NCBI GenBank assembly: GCA_965242525.1
Contig: OZ251459.1
Span: forward strand, 3,648,001-3,712,000
Length of the DNA stretch: 64,000 bases
Source of the DNA: an uncultured Candidatus Binatia bacterium
GTDB taxonomy: Bacteria; Desulfobacterota; Binatia; UBA9968; JAJDTQ01
Reading direction: 5' to 3'
Made by a program: the position numbers and the translations under genes. Of this stretch, positions 1-9,850 are shown piece by piece; the first letter of the stretch is position 1; every line of letters starts with the position of its first letter. A model generated the notes under the pieces. That model ran no database searches. It was not told the DNA's origin and saw only the letters and a program-made list of their open reading frames with translations.

Positions 1-1
1 G

Positions 2-1039
2 GGCATCGACTTCGAGGTCCGGGAGGGGGAGTTCTACGTGCTGCTGGGCCCCTCCGGCTGCGGCAAGAGCACGACCCTGCGCTGCATCGCCGGTTTCGAG
101 GATCCCACGGGCGGCGCGATCCGTATCGGCGACCAGGTGGTGTTCTCCGCCGCCCACGGGGTCAACGTGCAGCCGGCCCGGAGGGACTTCGGCATCGTCT
201 TCCAGTCCTACGCCATCTGGCCGCACATGGACGTGTTCCACAACGTGGCCTTCCCGCTGGTGCACGGACAGGGGAGCCGGCCGCCGCGGCGGGTGGTGCG
301 GGAACGGGTGATGCGGGCGTTGGAGCTGACCCAGCTCCAGGACCTGGCGGAGCGGCCGGCCCCGTTCCTGAGCGGCGGCCAGCAGCAGCGGGTGGCGCTG
401 GCCCGGGCCCTGGTGCGCGAGCCCGGCGTGCTCCTGCTCGACGAACCCCTGAGCAACCTGGACGCCAAGCTGCGGGAGGAGATGCGGGTGCAGATCCGCG
501 ACATCACCAAGCGGCTCAACATCACCAGCATCTACGTCACCCACGACCAACTGGAGGCCCTCACCATGGCCGACCGGGTCTCGGTCATGAGCGGCGGGAA
601 GATCATGCAGGAAGACTCGCCCCTGGAGATCTACAAGCACCCGGCCGGCCGGTTCGTGGCCCAGTTCATCGGCGTGGCCAACCTGATACCGGGCCGGGTC
701 GAGTCCGTGGACGGCGCCGGCATGGGGCGGGTGGCCACCGACCTGGGCGCCTTCGCCTGCACCCTGTCCGCAGGACTCCGGGCGCAGGACTCGGTGTCGC
801 TGATGATCCGTCCGGAGGACGTGGTGGTCCGCCCGGAGGACGCGGATGGCGCCGAGAACGTGGTGCGGGGGCAGGTCCGGTCCGTGGTCTTCGTGGGCGA
901 GATGCTGGACTGCACCCTGTCGCTGCCCGGTACGGAGCTTCGCCTCAAGGTGCATCCCTCCACTCCCATGACGGTCGGGGACACGGTGTCGGTCCAGGCC
1001 CCGCCGGAGCGCTGCCACGCCATCGCCGGCGCGGTCTGA
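2..1039 (+). CDS. ABC transporter ATP-binding protein (PotA/MalK/FbpC-type, TOBE domain), 5'-truncated by window edge
   Basis: Walker A GPSGCGKS, signature LSGGQQQR, Walker B LLLDEP; frame is open from position 2 (GIDFEVREGEFYVLLG). Confidence 0.93.
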   Translation, partial: GIDFEVREGEFYVLLGPSGCGKSTTLRCIAGFEDPTGGAIRIGDQVVFSAAHGVNVQPARRDFGIVFQSYAIWPHMDVFHNVAFPLVHGQGSRPPRRVVRERVMRALELTQLQDLAERPAPFLSGGQQQRVALARALVREPGVLLLDEPLSNLDAKLREEMRVQIRDITKRLNITSIYVTHDQLEALTMADRVSVMSGGKIMQEDSPLEIYKHPAGRFVAQFIGVANLIPGRVESVDGAGMGRVATDLGAFACTLSAGLRAQDSVSLMIRPEDVVVRPEDADGAENVVRGQVRSVVFVGEMLDCTLSLPGTELRLKVHPSTPMTVGDTVSVQAPPERCHAIAGAV

Positions 1040-1136
1040 GAAACTCGAAACCACATCCCCGTTCGTCCTGAGCGTAGCGAAGCGAAGTCGAAGGACGCGC
1101 TTTCCCAAGGGAGAGCCGGCATGGACCAGACGTTCC
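1040..1136 (-). mobile_element. IS5-like MITE (family A) with REP hairpin core
   Basis: Core CCCCGTTCGTCCTGAGCGTAGCGAAGCGAAGTCGAAGGACGCGCTTTCCC at 1057-1106; degenerate ends gaaactcgaaac...cagacgttcc. Confidence 0.7.
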
Positions 1137-1158
1137 GCAAACGGAAAGGAGACGCCCC

Positions 1159-2163
1159 GTGATCATCGACGTCCACAACCACATCGTCGCGGGCGAGGAG
1201 TTGAGCCGCTACCAAGCCAGCCTCATCAACAGCCGCGGCTTCCACGGCAAGCGCAAGTCCGGCGTCACCGAGGAGACCATCGCGGGCGCCACCTGGCAGG
1301 GCCACAAGCACACCGAGGTGCTGGACCAGGTGGGCACGGACATGGCCTTCATCTCCCCCCGCCCCTACACCATGATGCACTCGGAGAAGCCCGACAAGAT
1401 CGTCCACTGGTACTGCGAAGCGGTCAACGACGCCATCGCGCTCCAGGTGAAGGCGGAACCCCAACGGTTCCGCGGCATCGGGGGGCTGCCGCAATGCGCC
1501 GGGGTCGGACCCGGGAACACCTTCGACGAGCTCCACCGCTGCATCGACGAGCTGGGCATGGTGGGCGTCATGATCAACCCGGACCCGGGCGAAGGCGACG
1601 GCCTCACCCCGGGCATGGGCGACGAGTACTGGTACCCGCTCTACGAGAAGATGGTCGAGATGGACGTGCCCGGACTGGTCCATTCCGCAAGCTGCCGGAA
1701 CCCCCGGGAGTCGTTCCACGGCCACTTCATCACCGAGGAGAGCATCGCCATCCTGTCCCTGATGAACTCCAACGTGTTCACCGACTTCCCCGGGCTGAAG
1801 CTGGTCATCTCCCACGGCGGCGGGTCCGTGCCCTACCAGGTGGGGCGCTGGCGCTCGCAACTCCGGGGTCCCGGCAACACCGAAAACTTCGACGAGCGCC
1901 TGCGGCGCCTCTACTTCGACACCGCGCTCTACAACACCGAATCCCTGGAGCTGCTGTTCAAGGTGGTCCGGCCGGACCGCTGCCTGTTCGGCACCGAGCG
2001 CCCCGGCGCCGGTTCCAAGCCCAACCCCCGCACCGGCCGCTGGTACGACGACGTGAAGCCCCTCATCGACGAGATGGACTGGCTGACCGACGAGGAGAAA
2101 ACCGCGGTCCTCGGAGGCAACGCCGAGAAGGTGTTCAGCCGGTTCGAACCTCGTACCCTGTAA
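1159..2163 (+). CDS. Amidohydrolase_2 family protein, LigJ (4-oxalomesaconate hydratase)-like
   Basis: MIIDVHNH metal motif, SHGGGSVPYQ, YFDT, LFGTE; GTG start with AAAGGAG SD. Confidence 0.82.
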   Translation: MIIDVHNHIVAGEELSRYQASLINSRGFHGKRKSGVTEETIAGATWQGHKHTEVLDQVGTDMAFISPRPYTMMHSEKPDKIVHWYCEAVNDAIALQVKAEPQRFRGIGGLPQCAGVGPGNTFDELHRCIDELGMVGVMINPDPGEGDGLTPGMGDEYWYPLYEKMVEMDVPGLVHSASCRNPRESFHGHFITEESIAILSLMNSNVFTDFPGLKLVISHGGGSVPYQVGRWRSQLRGPGNTENFDERLRRLYFDTALYNTESLELLFKVVRPDRCLFGTERPGAGSKPNPRTGRWYDDVKPLIDEMDWLTDEEKTAVLGGNAEKVFSRFEPRTL

Positions 2164-2174
2164 TACTTACTGGT

Positions 2175-2393
2175 GGCTCTTCCGGCTTTCGTGTGGATAA
2201 GGCAGGAGGGAAGGGGGAACGACAGAGGTCAGGCCGTCATTCCCGCGAAAGCGGGAATCCACTTTCCTCGCCCTCGTTGTACAAATCTTTCGTACAGGGC
2301 GCCCATGGGGTTTGCTCGGAAGGTCTGGATTCCCGCTTTCGCGGGAATGACGGGATGGGAAATGTCGCAACCCACACAAATTTCGGAAGCGCC
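2175..2393. mobile_element. ISL3-like MITE (family B) carrying two inverted GTCATTCCCGCGAAAGCGGGAATCC REPs
   Basis: Imperfect TIRs GGCTCTTCCGGCTTTCGTGTGG (2175) and CCCACACAAATTTCGGAAGCGCC (2371-2393); REPs at 2235-2260 and 2327-2352. Confidence 0.6.
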
Positions 2394-2465
2394 AGGAATC
2401 CTGTCTCCGGTCGTCCTGGGCGAAGCGAAGTCGAAGGAGGATGAACGCCTGGAGGCCAAGCGGAG

Positions 2466-5453
2466 ATGAGTGAGTCGGCGCGCGCCGTCCGGGGTACGCA
2501 ACCCGCGGGAACGAGCCTTCAGGAGCAATGGGAGCAGTTGCTCGACTACGCGCGGGAATGCGTGGCCGCGGAGTCCTCGACCGCGATGGTTCCACTTGCG
2601 GAAGGACGGGGGCGACCGCGCTGGCACGTCGCCCCCGGCGCAGAGCGGCTCGTGACCGGACAGGCGGATTCCGTCCCCGCGCCATCCGATTTGGCCGCGC
2701 TGCTGGAATCTGCCTCGTCGCGGGACGAGCCCCGCCCGGTCGCCGTGGGCTGGCCTGCCATCGTCGTGCGGAACGGGCGCGAGGCGGGTCGTCCCGAGTC
2801 CATCGCTCCCCTTTTCGTCGTACAGGCCTCGCCCGCACGGGAGCGAAACGGGCGCTGGAGGCTGTACGCCGCCACCGAGCCGGAATTCAACCTCGCCATT
2901 GCCGCGGCGGGGTTGCACGACTCCTCCGTTACGGACGAGATCGAGGCGATCGGGGTCGGGACACTGATCGGTGATCCGTCCGCCATCGCACAAGCCGCGG
3001 TTCGCGCCTGCACCCTGCTCGGGCTTCCCGTCTCTGCGAACCTCGACCCCGCAGCCGTCACGGAGCGGCCTGCGGACGTTCCGCACGGCGCACCAGCCGT
3101 GCATAACCTCGCCGTCTCTGTCGCGGCCGAGTTCAGCGGATACCGCCTCTCCCTGCACCGTGAACTGCAAGCGCTGCGGAAACGGGGGGACTGGGGCGGT
3201 ACTGCCGCCGCCCTGCTCGTCAACGGTGCGGAGTCCTCGTCCGGGCAGGACAGGGAACGAAACGCACGGGGACCGCTCTCGGCGCCGCTTCCCGTGAACC
3301 GCTCGCATGAGGAGACGCTGGAGCGGATACGGCACGATCCGTTGACCGTCGTGACGGGGCCGCCCGGCACGGGCAAGACGCAGCTCGTCGTCAACGCCGT
3401 CGCGAACGCATGGCTGGACGGCGACACGGTGCTTGTCACTTCCACCAACAATGCCGCCGTGGACGTCGCCACCGATCGCGCGAATCGCGACGTTGCCGCA
3501 GGGCTGATGCTGCGGACCGGCAACCGCCACGAACGTGAGGCGCTACCGGACCGCGCAAACGCCGCTCGCAACCAGGCCAAGGGCGCCGTCGGCGAGCCGG
3601 AGCACGAGGCGCGCGGCAGGTTGGCCGCTGCTGCTGGCGCGCACACTGCCCTGCTGCGCCGCGTGGCGCGGCTGGCGGAACTCGATCGGGATCTCCTGAT
3701 CGCGAGCCGCTCTCTGGCCGAGGCGCGTATCGTGCTCGCGGGAGCGGCCGGCGCGCTCTGGCCCGACGGCGCTGCACCCATCGGCGTGGATCCCGCCCGG
3801 ACGCACACGCGGGCGTCCCGGCTGGGGAACGCCTGGTTGTTCGGGACTCGGCGGCGAGCCCGCTTACGGAACAAGATCGGCTGCTCGGCCAACGCGGCCA
3901 TGATGGAGGTCGTCCGATGGGCGGAGGCGGCGCTGGCCGAGGCGAGGCGGGCGGCGGACTTTGCGGAAGGGCGCGCCGAACGGGAGAGGCTGGCGGACGA
4001 GATGGGCGCCGAGTCCGTGGCAGAGGCGGCAGCGTCCGACGACTGGGCGGATGCGAGCCTCGCATCCGTTCGCGCACACGTTGCCGGCCGCATTCTGGCG
4101 GCCCCGCCTCCGGCGCTCGGCGCTGCGCTTGGACAACGCGGGATGTTCCCCAGAGCCGTCGCCAACTCGTTCGAGGCGTTTCGCGGCTGGGCGTGCACCA
4201 CGCTTTCCGCCAACCCGAATTTCCCGCTGCAACCGGGCCTGTTCGAACTCGCCATCGTTGACGAAGCCAGCCAGTGCGACCTCGCCGCCGTTCTGCCGAT
4301 TGCCTACCGCGCGAAGCGGCTTGCGGTCGTCGGCGACCCGGAGCAGCTACATCCGATCGCGAACGTCTCTGCCCGTTTTCTCGACGAAATCGCCGCGCGC
4401 CAGGGCTTGGACCCGGCGGAGTTACGACGGAACGGCCGACACCACAGCGAGGGTTCGGCCTACCGTGCGTTCGAGGTCGCGTCCGGGCGGCCCGCGTCCC
4501 TGCTCGACGAGCACTACCGTTGTCACCCGTACATCGCGCGCTGGTTCAACCAAGCCTTCTACGGGGGGCGGTTGACGGTGCTGACCGATGTCTCCCGCTT
4601 CGCATCCGGGCGTGTGATCGCTTGGCGTGACGTGCCCGGCCCTGCGCGTCGACCCACCAGCGGGAGCGGCTGGGAACACCCCGCACAGGCGAAGGCGGCA
4701 GTGAATGAGATCGGCGCGATGCTCGGACGAGGCCTCAGTGTTGGAGTGGTCACGCCCTATGCCGCACAGGCGCGGCTCATCGACCGTCTCGCGCGCCGAG
4801 AATACGGCAAGGAAGCCCTTGGCGAGGCGGATTTCATCTACGGGACGGCCCACGGGCTGCAAGGCGACGAACGCGACGCCGTGATCTTCGTCTCGGTGCT
4901 CTCGCCGGGTATGCCTTGGCGCTCTGCGGCGTGGGTCGAGAAGGAGCGCAACCTCCTGAACGTGGCAGTCAGCCGCGCCCGCCAAACGCTGATCGCCATC
5001 GGGCACCCGGGCGCCGGAACGGTGGACGGAAAGGTGGTCAGTCAGACGCTGGTCTCGTTGCGCGACTACCTGAAGCGGCACGGCGAGAACCGCGCCGCAG
5101 GCATGCGATCTGCCCCGGATCTGCTTGCCAGCGACGCCGAGCTGCGTGCGCTGGAGGCGATGCGGAAAGCCGGACTGGACCCGCTCTCCAAGGTGCACGA
5201 GGAAGGTTACGAACTGGATTTCGCACTGCTGGGCCCCGGCGGCGCCAAACTCGACATCGAGATCGACGGCGACCAGCACAGTGACGCACGGGGCGAGCAG
5301 CGCCGCATCGACCACGCGCGAGACCGCTTGCTGCAGAAACTCGGCTGGCGCGTCCTGCGCATTCCCGCGTGGCGCTGCCATGAAGACCCCGATGGCGTCG
5401 GGGATGAGATATTGCGTGCTTTCCGCGCTACGATTTCCGATCACGGACACTGA
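2466..5453 (+). CDS. SF1B (DNA2/NAM7/Upf1-like) helicase fused to C-terminal DUF559/Vsr-like PD-(D/E)xK nuclease
   Basis: GPPGTGKT, IVDEASQ, VGDPEQL, LDEHYRCHP, HGLQGDE, LNVAVSRAR; C-terminal LDIEIDGDQH...DHARDRLLQKLGWRVLRI. Confidence 0.88.
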   Translation: MSESARAVRGTQPAGTSLQEQWEQLLDYARECVAAESSTAMVPLAEGRGRPRWHVAPGAERLVTGQADSVPAPSDLAALLESASSRDEPRPVAVGWPAIVVRNGREAGRPESIAPLFVVQASPARERNGRWRLYAATEPEFNLAIAAAGLHDSSVTDEIEAIGVGTLIGDPSAIAQAAVRACTLLGLPVSANLDPAAVTERPADVPHGAPAVHNLAVSVAAEFSGYRLSLHRELQALRKRGDWGGTAAALLVNGAESSSGQDRERNARGPLSAPLPVNRSHEETLERIRHDPLTVVTGPPGTGKTQLVVNAVANAWLDGDTVLVTSTNNAAVDVATDRANRDVAAGLMLRTGNRHEREALPDRANAARNQAKGAVGEPEHEARGRLAAAAGAHTALLRRVARLAELDRDLLIASRSLAEARIVLAGAAGALWPDGAAPIGVDPARTHTRASRLGNAWLFGTRRRARLRNKIGCSANAAMMEVVRWAEAALAEARRAADFAEGRAERERLADEMGAESVAEAAASDDWADASLASVRAHVAGRILAAPPPALGAALGQRGMFPRAVANSFEAFRGWACTTLSANPNFPLQPGLFELAIVDEASQCDLAAVLPIAYRAKRLAVVGDPEQLHPIANVSARFLDEIAARQGLDPAELRRNGRHHSEGSAYRAFEVASGRPASLLDEHYRCHPYIARWFNQAFYGGRLTVLTDVSRFASGRVIAWRDVPGPARRPTSGSGWEHPAQAKAAVNEIGAMLGRGLSVGVVTPYAAQARLIDRLARREYGKEALGEADFIYGTAHGLQGDERDAVIFVSVLSPGMPWRSAAWVEKERNLLNVAVSRARQTLIAIGHPGAGTVDGKVVSQTLVSLRDYLKRHGENRAAGMRSAPDLLASDAELRALEAMRKAGLDPLSKVHEEGYELDFALLGPGGAKLDIEIDGDQHSDARGEQRRIDHARDRLLQKLGWRVLRIPAWRCHEDPDGVGDEILRAFRATISDHGH

Positions 5454-5497
5454 GTCGGGGCGCGGGGCGGCGGATGGGAGACTTTCCTCCAAGCCCG

Positions 5498-5549
5498 TTG
5501 AACCTGCGGAGATTACAGGCTATAATCTACGCAAAAGATGCGGAGATTA
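5498..5549 (+). promoter_or_regulatory. sigma70 promoter of fic with three TGCGGAGATTA operator-like boxes
   Basis: TTGAAC (5498)-17 bp-TATAAT (5521); boxes at 5505-5515, 5523-5533 (inverted, 1 mismatch) and 5539-5549. Confidence 0.75.
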
Positions 5550-6652
5550 TGGGTTACCTGTGGGAAGAAAAGGAATGGCCGGTCCTTCGCTGGGACGAAA
5601 AGCGCCTGGGGCCGATGGTGGCGGAAGTGCGGCATCAACAGGGGCGCTTGATCGGGCGCATGGAGGGGCTCGGCTTCGAGTTGCGCGAAGAGTCGGTCTT
5701 TCGGACGCTCACCCGCGAGGTGGTCAAGACCAGCGAGATCGAGGGAGAGATCCTGGACGTCGAGCAGGTGCGCTCGTCCCTTGCCCGTCGCCTCGGCATG
5801 GACACGGGCGCGTTGAAACCCTCGGAGCGGGAAGTGGACGGCATCGTCGAAATCGTGCTGGACGCCACGGCCAACTTCGACCGCCCCCTTACCCGAAGGC
5901 GGCTTTTCGGCTGGCACGCAGCGCTGTTCCCCACCGGTCACAGCGGCATCTTCAGGATACCGACGGGGAGATGGCGCGACGACTCGGAAGGGCCGATGCG
6001 CGTCGTATCCGGCGCCGCGGGACGGGAGAAGGTCCACTTCGTCGCCCCGCCCGCGGAACGGGTCGCCGCGGAGATGAAGGAGTTCCTCTCGTGGTTCAAC
6101 GCTCCTTCTTCCGAGGCTCCGGTGCTGAAAGCGGCGCTGGCCCACTTGAGGTTCGTCACCGTCCACCCGTTCGCCGACGGGAACGGGCGCATCGCCCGGG
6201 CCATCGCGGACATGGCGCTGGCCCGCTCCGAAGGCGAGTCGCAGCGCTTCTACGGCATGTCCGCACAGATACGACAGGAAAGGAGCGCGTACTACAAGGC
6301 GCTGGCGCGGGCGCAGGAGGTCGGCGTGGACGTCACCGAGTGGCTGGCGTGGTTCCTCGGTTGTCTGCAACGCGCCATTGTCGGCTCCTACCAGGAATTG
6401 TCCGTCGTACTGCGCAAGGCCCGTTTTTGGGAGACCCACGCAAGGACGCCGTTCAACCACCGACGGGCAAAGGTCCTGTCCCTTCTTCTGGAGGGTGACT
6501 TCAAGGGCAAGCTCACGTCGTCCAAGTGGGCGAAGATCGCAGGGTGCTCGCAAGACACCGCGCAACGGGACATCGCCGCACTCATGCAACGCAACGTCCT
6601 GAAGAGAGGCGCGTCGGGCGGTCGCAGCACGAGCTACGAACTCGGTCCGTGA
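5549..6652 (+). CDS. Fic family protein (DUF4172 N-terminus, Fic domain, C-terminal wHTH)
   Basis: Canonical HPFADGNGRIAR motif; N-terminal YLWEEKEWP; TSEIEGE; C-terminal LTSSKWAKIAGCSQDTAQRDI. Confidence 0.92.
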   Translation: MGYLWEEKEWPVLRWDEKRLGPMVAEVRHQQGRLIGRMEGLGFELREESVFRTLTREVVKTSEIEGEILDVEQVRSSLARRLGMDTGALKPSEREVDGIVEIVLDATANFDRPLTRRRLFGWHAALFPTGHSGIFRIPTGRWRDDSEGPMRVVSGAAGREKVHFVAPPAERVAAEMKEFLSWFNAPSSEAPVLKAALAHLRFVTVHPFADGNGRIARAIADMALARSEGESQRFYGMSAQIRQERSAYYKALARAQEVGVDVTEWLAWFLGCLQRAIVGSYQELSVVLRKARFWETHARTPFNHRRAKVLSLLLEGDFKGKLTSSKWAKIAGCSQDTAQRDIAALMQRNVLKRGASGGRSTSYELGP

Positions 6653-6734
6653 ACGCCGGGCTTGCGACGAAGCGGGAAACGAGCCGCGGCTATCCGCGCT
6701 CGCACGCCTCATCGAACGCTCTCCATGCGCCGCG

Positions 6735-7676
6735 CTACGAGGCGTAGAGCCGGTCGATGAACCCGGTGCCGTCCAGTTCCCGCAGGTAGTGCAGGTCCCA
6801 CAGGGACATGGGACTCAACTCCTGGGCCTTGGGCGCGTCCATGCAACACAGGCGGTAGGCGTTGGCCACGCCCTGGATGTCCGGGTAGGGTTTGGACGCG
6901 AGCTTGGCCACGCTGGCGTAACGGCCGCCCGAGGCCGGTATGCGTTCCTTCAAGTCGGCGAGGATCGTCTCGGTCTCCGCCCGCCGGGTCTTGGCGAAGT
7001 GGATGCCCATGACCAGGGCCTTGACCAGCCGCTCGCCGAGACCCGGCCGTTCCCGGAGCACGTTCATGGCTGTGGTGATGGTGGGGCCGTTGATCATGGG
7101 CAGGGGCTCCAGCGGCAGGACGTGCAAGCCCGCCCGCTCGTAGGCGTCCGTGTTCCCGGTCACCAGCGCTGCATCGACCTTGCCCGCCTCGAAGGCTTGG
7201 GGGAGCACGCCGCGCAGCGCATGGGTGTCCTCCGCCAGCGGGACCCATTCCACGTCGTCCAGCGCCAACCCGGCCCGCAGGACGTAGAGCATGTGGTTGC
7301 CGCGCGGGTGGTGGTAGCCGCCCGCGGCGTCCCGGATCGCGGTGTCGCCCAGACGGTGCCCCTTGACCTCCGCCAGGGACTGGACCGGCTCCCGGGAGAC
7401 GAGGCGGTCGTTGACGCTGTTGCCCGGCGACGCCAGGGAGACGATGGGCTTGCCTTCGGCCACCAGGGCGTAGGGCGAGATGTGGTTGCCGGACACGAAG
7501 TCGATGTCGCCGCGGAACAGTGCCTCTTCCGTGGTGGCCGAGCTGTTGCAGTACTCGAACGCCGCCACCTTGATGCCCACGTCGCGCCAGATCCCCGCCT
7601 TGTCGAGCACCTCCCATATGGGCAGGTGGGTGGGGGAGCGGTAGATGCCGCGTATCCGGATGGGTTCCTCGCTCAT
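6735..7676 (-). CDS. NMT1/TauA/SsuA-like periplasmic-binding-fold protein with no signal peptide
   Basis: EEALFRGDIDF, SLAEVKGHRLG, AFEAGKVDAA pattern; start MSEEPIR with AAGGAAAGGA upstream; the longer ORF extension is MITE sequence. Confidence 0.7.
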   Translation of the reverse strand: MSEEPIRIRGIYRSPTHLPIWEVLDKAGIWRDVGIKVAAFEYCNSSATTEEALFRGDIDFVSGNHISPYALVAEGKPIVSLASPGNSVNDRLVSREPVQSLAEVKGHRLGDTAIRDAAGGYHHPRGNHMLYVLRAGLALDDVEWVPLAEDTHALRGVLPQAFEAGKVDAALVTGNTDAYERAGLHVLPLEPLPMINGPTITTAMNVLRERPGLGERLVKALVMGIHFAKTRRAETETILADLKERIPASGGRYASVAKLASKPYPDIQGVANAYRLCCMDAPKAQELSPMSLWDLHYLRELDGTGFIDRLYAS

Positions 7677-7695
7677 GGCCGTAGTTCCTTTCCTT

Positions 7696-7797
7696 GGACT
7701 GCGCCGCCCAATCCTGGCTTGAGGCGTGGGAAAGCGCGTCCTTCGACTTCGCTTCGCTACGCTCAGGACGAACGGGGGCAATTGTTCAGGGGTTTCC
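7696..7797 (+). mobile_element. IS5-like MITE (family A)
   Basis: GGGAAAGCGCGTCCTTCGACTTCGCTTCGCTACGCTCAGGACGAACGGGGG at 7728-7778, followed by ATTGTTCAGGGGTTTCC. Confidence 0.7.
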
Positions 7798-7878
7798 TCT
7801 CCGCAGTCCGGCGTGGTCCGCCGCCCCTCTCCTTTCCGCGGTCCGGCGTAACCCGCCGTCCCTCTTCCCGGGCTCCCG

Positions 7879-8631
7879 CTACGGTTCGCCTGACCGGACC
7901 GCCTCCGGGTCTCCTTCGCCCACGAGCGCGCAATAGTAGCGCCAGGAGGACTCCACCGCGTTGCCCCGCTTGCGTTTCTGTCGGGTGATGACCGCGATCT
8001 CGTGGTCGGGGATCACGTGCGGCGCGCCCAGCAGCGCGGCGCGGTAGTTCATCTCCGCCAGCTCATTGACCTTGATGGCGGTGACCGTCGCCTCTTCCAC
8101 GCTGGCCCCTGCGGTGGTGAGGCCGTGGCTGCGCATGAGGCAGGCGGGCTTGTCGCCCATGACCCCGGCGAACTCGCGCCCGAGGTCGTGGTCGGACACC
8201 GTGACGCTCCGTTCGTAGGTGGGGATGCCCTGCGCCAGGAGCCGGATGCTGGTGGGGTCGTAGGCGCCGTAGATGGGCAACAGGGGCTTCCGGCAGATGG
8301 TGAAGAGCACCACCGTGGCCGGGTGCACGTGGATGACGCTGTGCACGTCCGTGCGGGTGCGGTAGAGCCAACCGTGGATGTGGACTTCCTGGGGCGGGTC
8401 CAGGTGGTCCGACCCGGACAGCTTGCGGCCTTCCCGGTCCACCAGGATCACGTCTTCGGGGCGGGTGAACCGCACCCCGGTCTCTCCCGGACCCCGGGCG
8501 CGGACGAGGAAGGTGTCGGTCCCGGGCACGCGCGCGCTCACGTGGCCGCTGGCGGCCTTGGTCAGGTCGAGCTTGCCCAGGATGCGCGAGGCGAGCGCCA
8601 CCCGGGCTCGGAGTTCCTCCGTCGAGTCCAT
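7879..8631 (-). CDS. Class II aldolase/adducin family protein (possible dihydroxy-aromatic acid decarboxylase)
   Basis: GHVSAR, EVHIHGWLY, IHVHP, LMRSHG Zn-histidine motifs. Confidence 0.85.
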   Translation of the reverse strand: MDSTEELRARVALASRILGKLDLTKAASGHVSARVPGTDTFLVRARGPGETGVRFTRPEDVILVDREGRKLSGSDHLDPPQEVHIHGWLYRTRTDVHSVIHVHPATVVLFTICRKPLLPIYGAYDPTSIRLLAQGIPTYERSVTVSDHDLGREFAGVMGDKPACLMRSHGLTTAGASVEEATVTAIKVNELAEMNYRAALLGAPHVIPDHEIAVITRQKRKRGNAVESSWRYYCALVGEGDPEAVRSGEP

Positions 8632-8656
8632 CCCGTCCCCTGCGCCTCGGCCTCCG

Positions 8657-9826
8657 CTACCGGCTGGCGGCCTGGCGCAGGCGCTTGTTGAGCTCGGGAC
8701 CCACCAGGGACTCGGCCAACCTGGTGTCGAGCATCCGGTTCCGCTCCGGGTCGCGCATCACGCCCTTGGGGTCGTCCCCCGCCTCCATCCGGTCCATCTC
8801 CCGGTTCATCATCTCCCGCAGCATGACGATGCCGCGGTCCGAGGTGGCCAGCCGCTCGGTGGTGCGGTCGGCGATGGGTCCCTGGGTCTCCCAGGCCATG
8901 TGGTCCTGGCACTGCACTTGGTCCATGCGGAAGCGGGCGAAGGGGTGCAGCGCGTCGGGCGGGTCCTTGTAGGGGGCGACGTACTCCACCTCGGGCTCCG
9001 CGTCGTCCTCCATGCGTCCGTCTTCGTTGCGGTGGAAGCGGACGAAGAAGATCCGCGTGTGGGTGTCGTCGATGGGGACGCGGATCTGGGTGCAGTTGGC
9101 CTGCCGCAGGATGTTCGGAAAGATCAGCGGGTGCTCGTCGCTGTGGCCGCTGGTGTAGGTGCGGCGCTTCATGATCCCCAGCGGGAACTCGTAGAACTCG
9201 AAGCCGGCCACGTCGTCGGTGAACCCCCGCGCCACGCTCGCCGGCGTCCGTCCCCGCAACGCGGTGTCCTGGTGCAGCACCGGCAGGTGCGCCGGGTCCA
9301 CCGAGTTCTCCATGGCCTGGAACCAGTTGCAGTCGAGCCGGGGCTGCACGTGGATGGCGCGCTTGCCGTCCCGGCGCGCCCAGAGGTCGTAGTCGGGGAT
9401 CAACGGTTGCGGTTGCGGCCCCATGTAGGTCCAGTAGAGTCCGATGAAGCGTCGGACGGGATAGGCTTTCTGCCTGACGGTGAGGCGGAACCGGCTGTCC
9501 CGGGGCTCGGCCGGCGTCTCCAGGCAGTTGCCCTCCACGTCGTAGAGCCAGCCGTGGTAGGCGCAGGCGAGGCCCCGCTCTTCCACCCGCCCGTAGGAGA
9601 GGGAGGCGCCCCGGTGGGCGCAACGGTCGTCGATGAGTCCCACCGCTCCGCTACGGTCCCGGAACAGCGCCAAGTTCTCCCCGAGCATGCGCACCAGGTG
9701 GACCGGCTGCTCCTCCGTGAGTTCCCGGGCCGCCGCCACCGGCAGCCAGTAGCGCCGCAGCAGGTCGCCGGCCGGCGTCCCCGGGCCGACCCGGGTCAAG
9801 CGATCGTTCTGTTCCTGGGTCAGCAT
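8657..9826 (-). CDS. Rieske non-heme iron oxygenase (phthalate 4,5-dioxygenase/LigX-type)
   Basis: CAHRG...CAYHG Rieske ligands; ENSVDPAHLPVLH mononuclear iron motif; MLTQEQNDRLTRVGPGTP N-terminus. Confidence 0.92.
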   Translation of the reverse strand: MLTQEQNDRLTRVGPGTPAGDLLRRYWLPVAAARELTEEQPVHLVRMLGENLALFRDRSGAVGLIDDRCAHRGASLSYGRVEERGLACAYHGWLYDVEGNCLETPAEPRDSRFRLTVRQKAYPVRRFIGLYWTYMGPQPQPLIPDYDLWARRDGKRAIHVQPRLDCNWFQAMENSVDPAHLPVLHQDTALRGRTPASVARGFTDDVAGFEFYEFPLGIMKRRTYTSGHSDEHPLIFPNILRQANCTQIRVPIDDTHTRIFFVRFHRNEDGRMEDDAEPEVEYVAPYKDPPDALHPFARFRMDQVQCQDHMAWETQGPIADRTTERLATSDRGIVMLREMMNREMDRMEAGDDPKGVMRDPERNRMLDTRLAESLVGPELNKRLRQAASR

Positions 9827-9850
9827 GGCTCGCAACTCCTTTCGGCCCCG

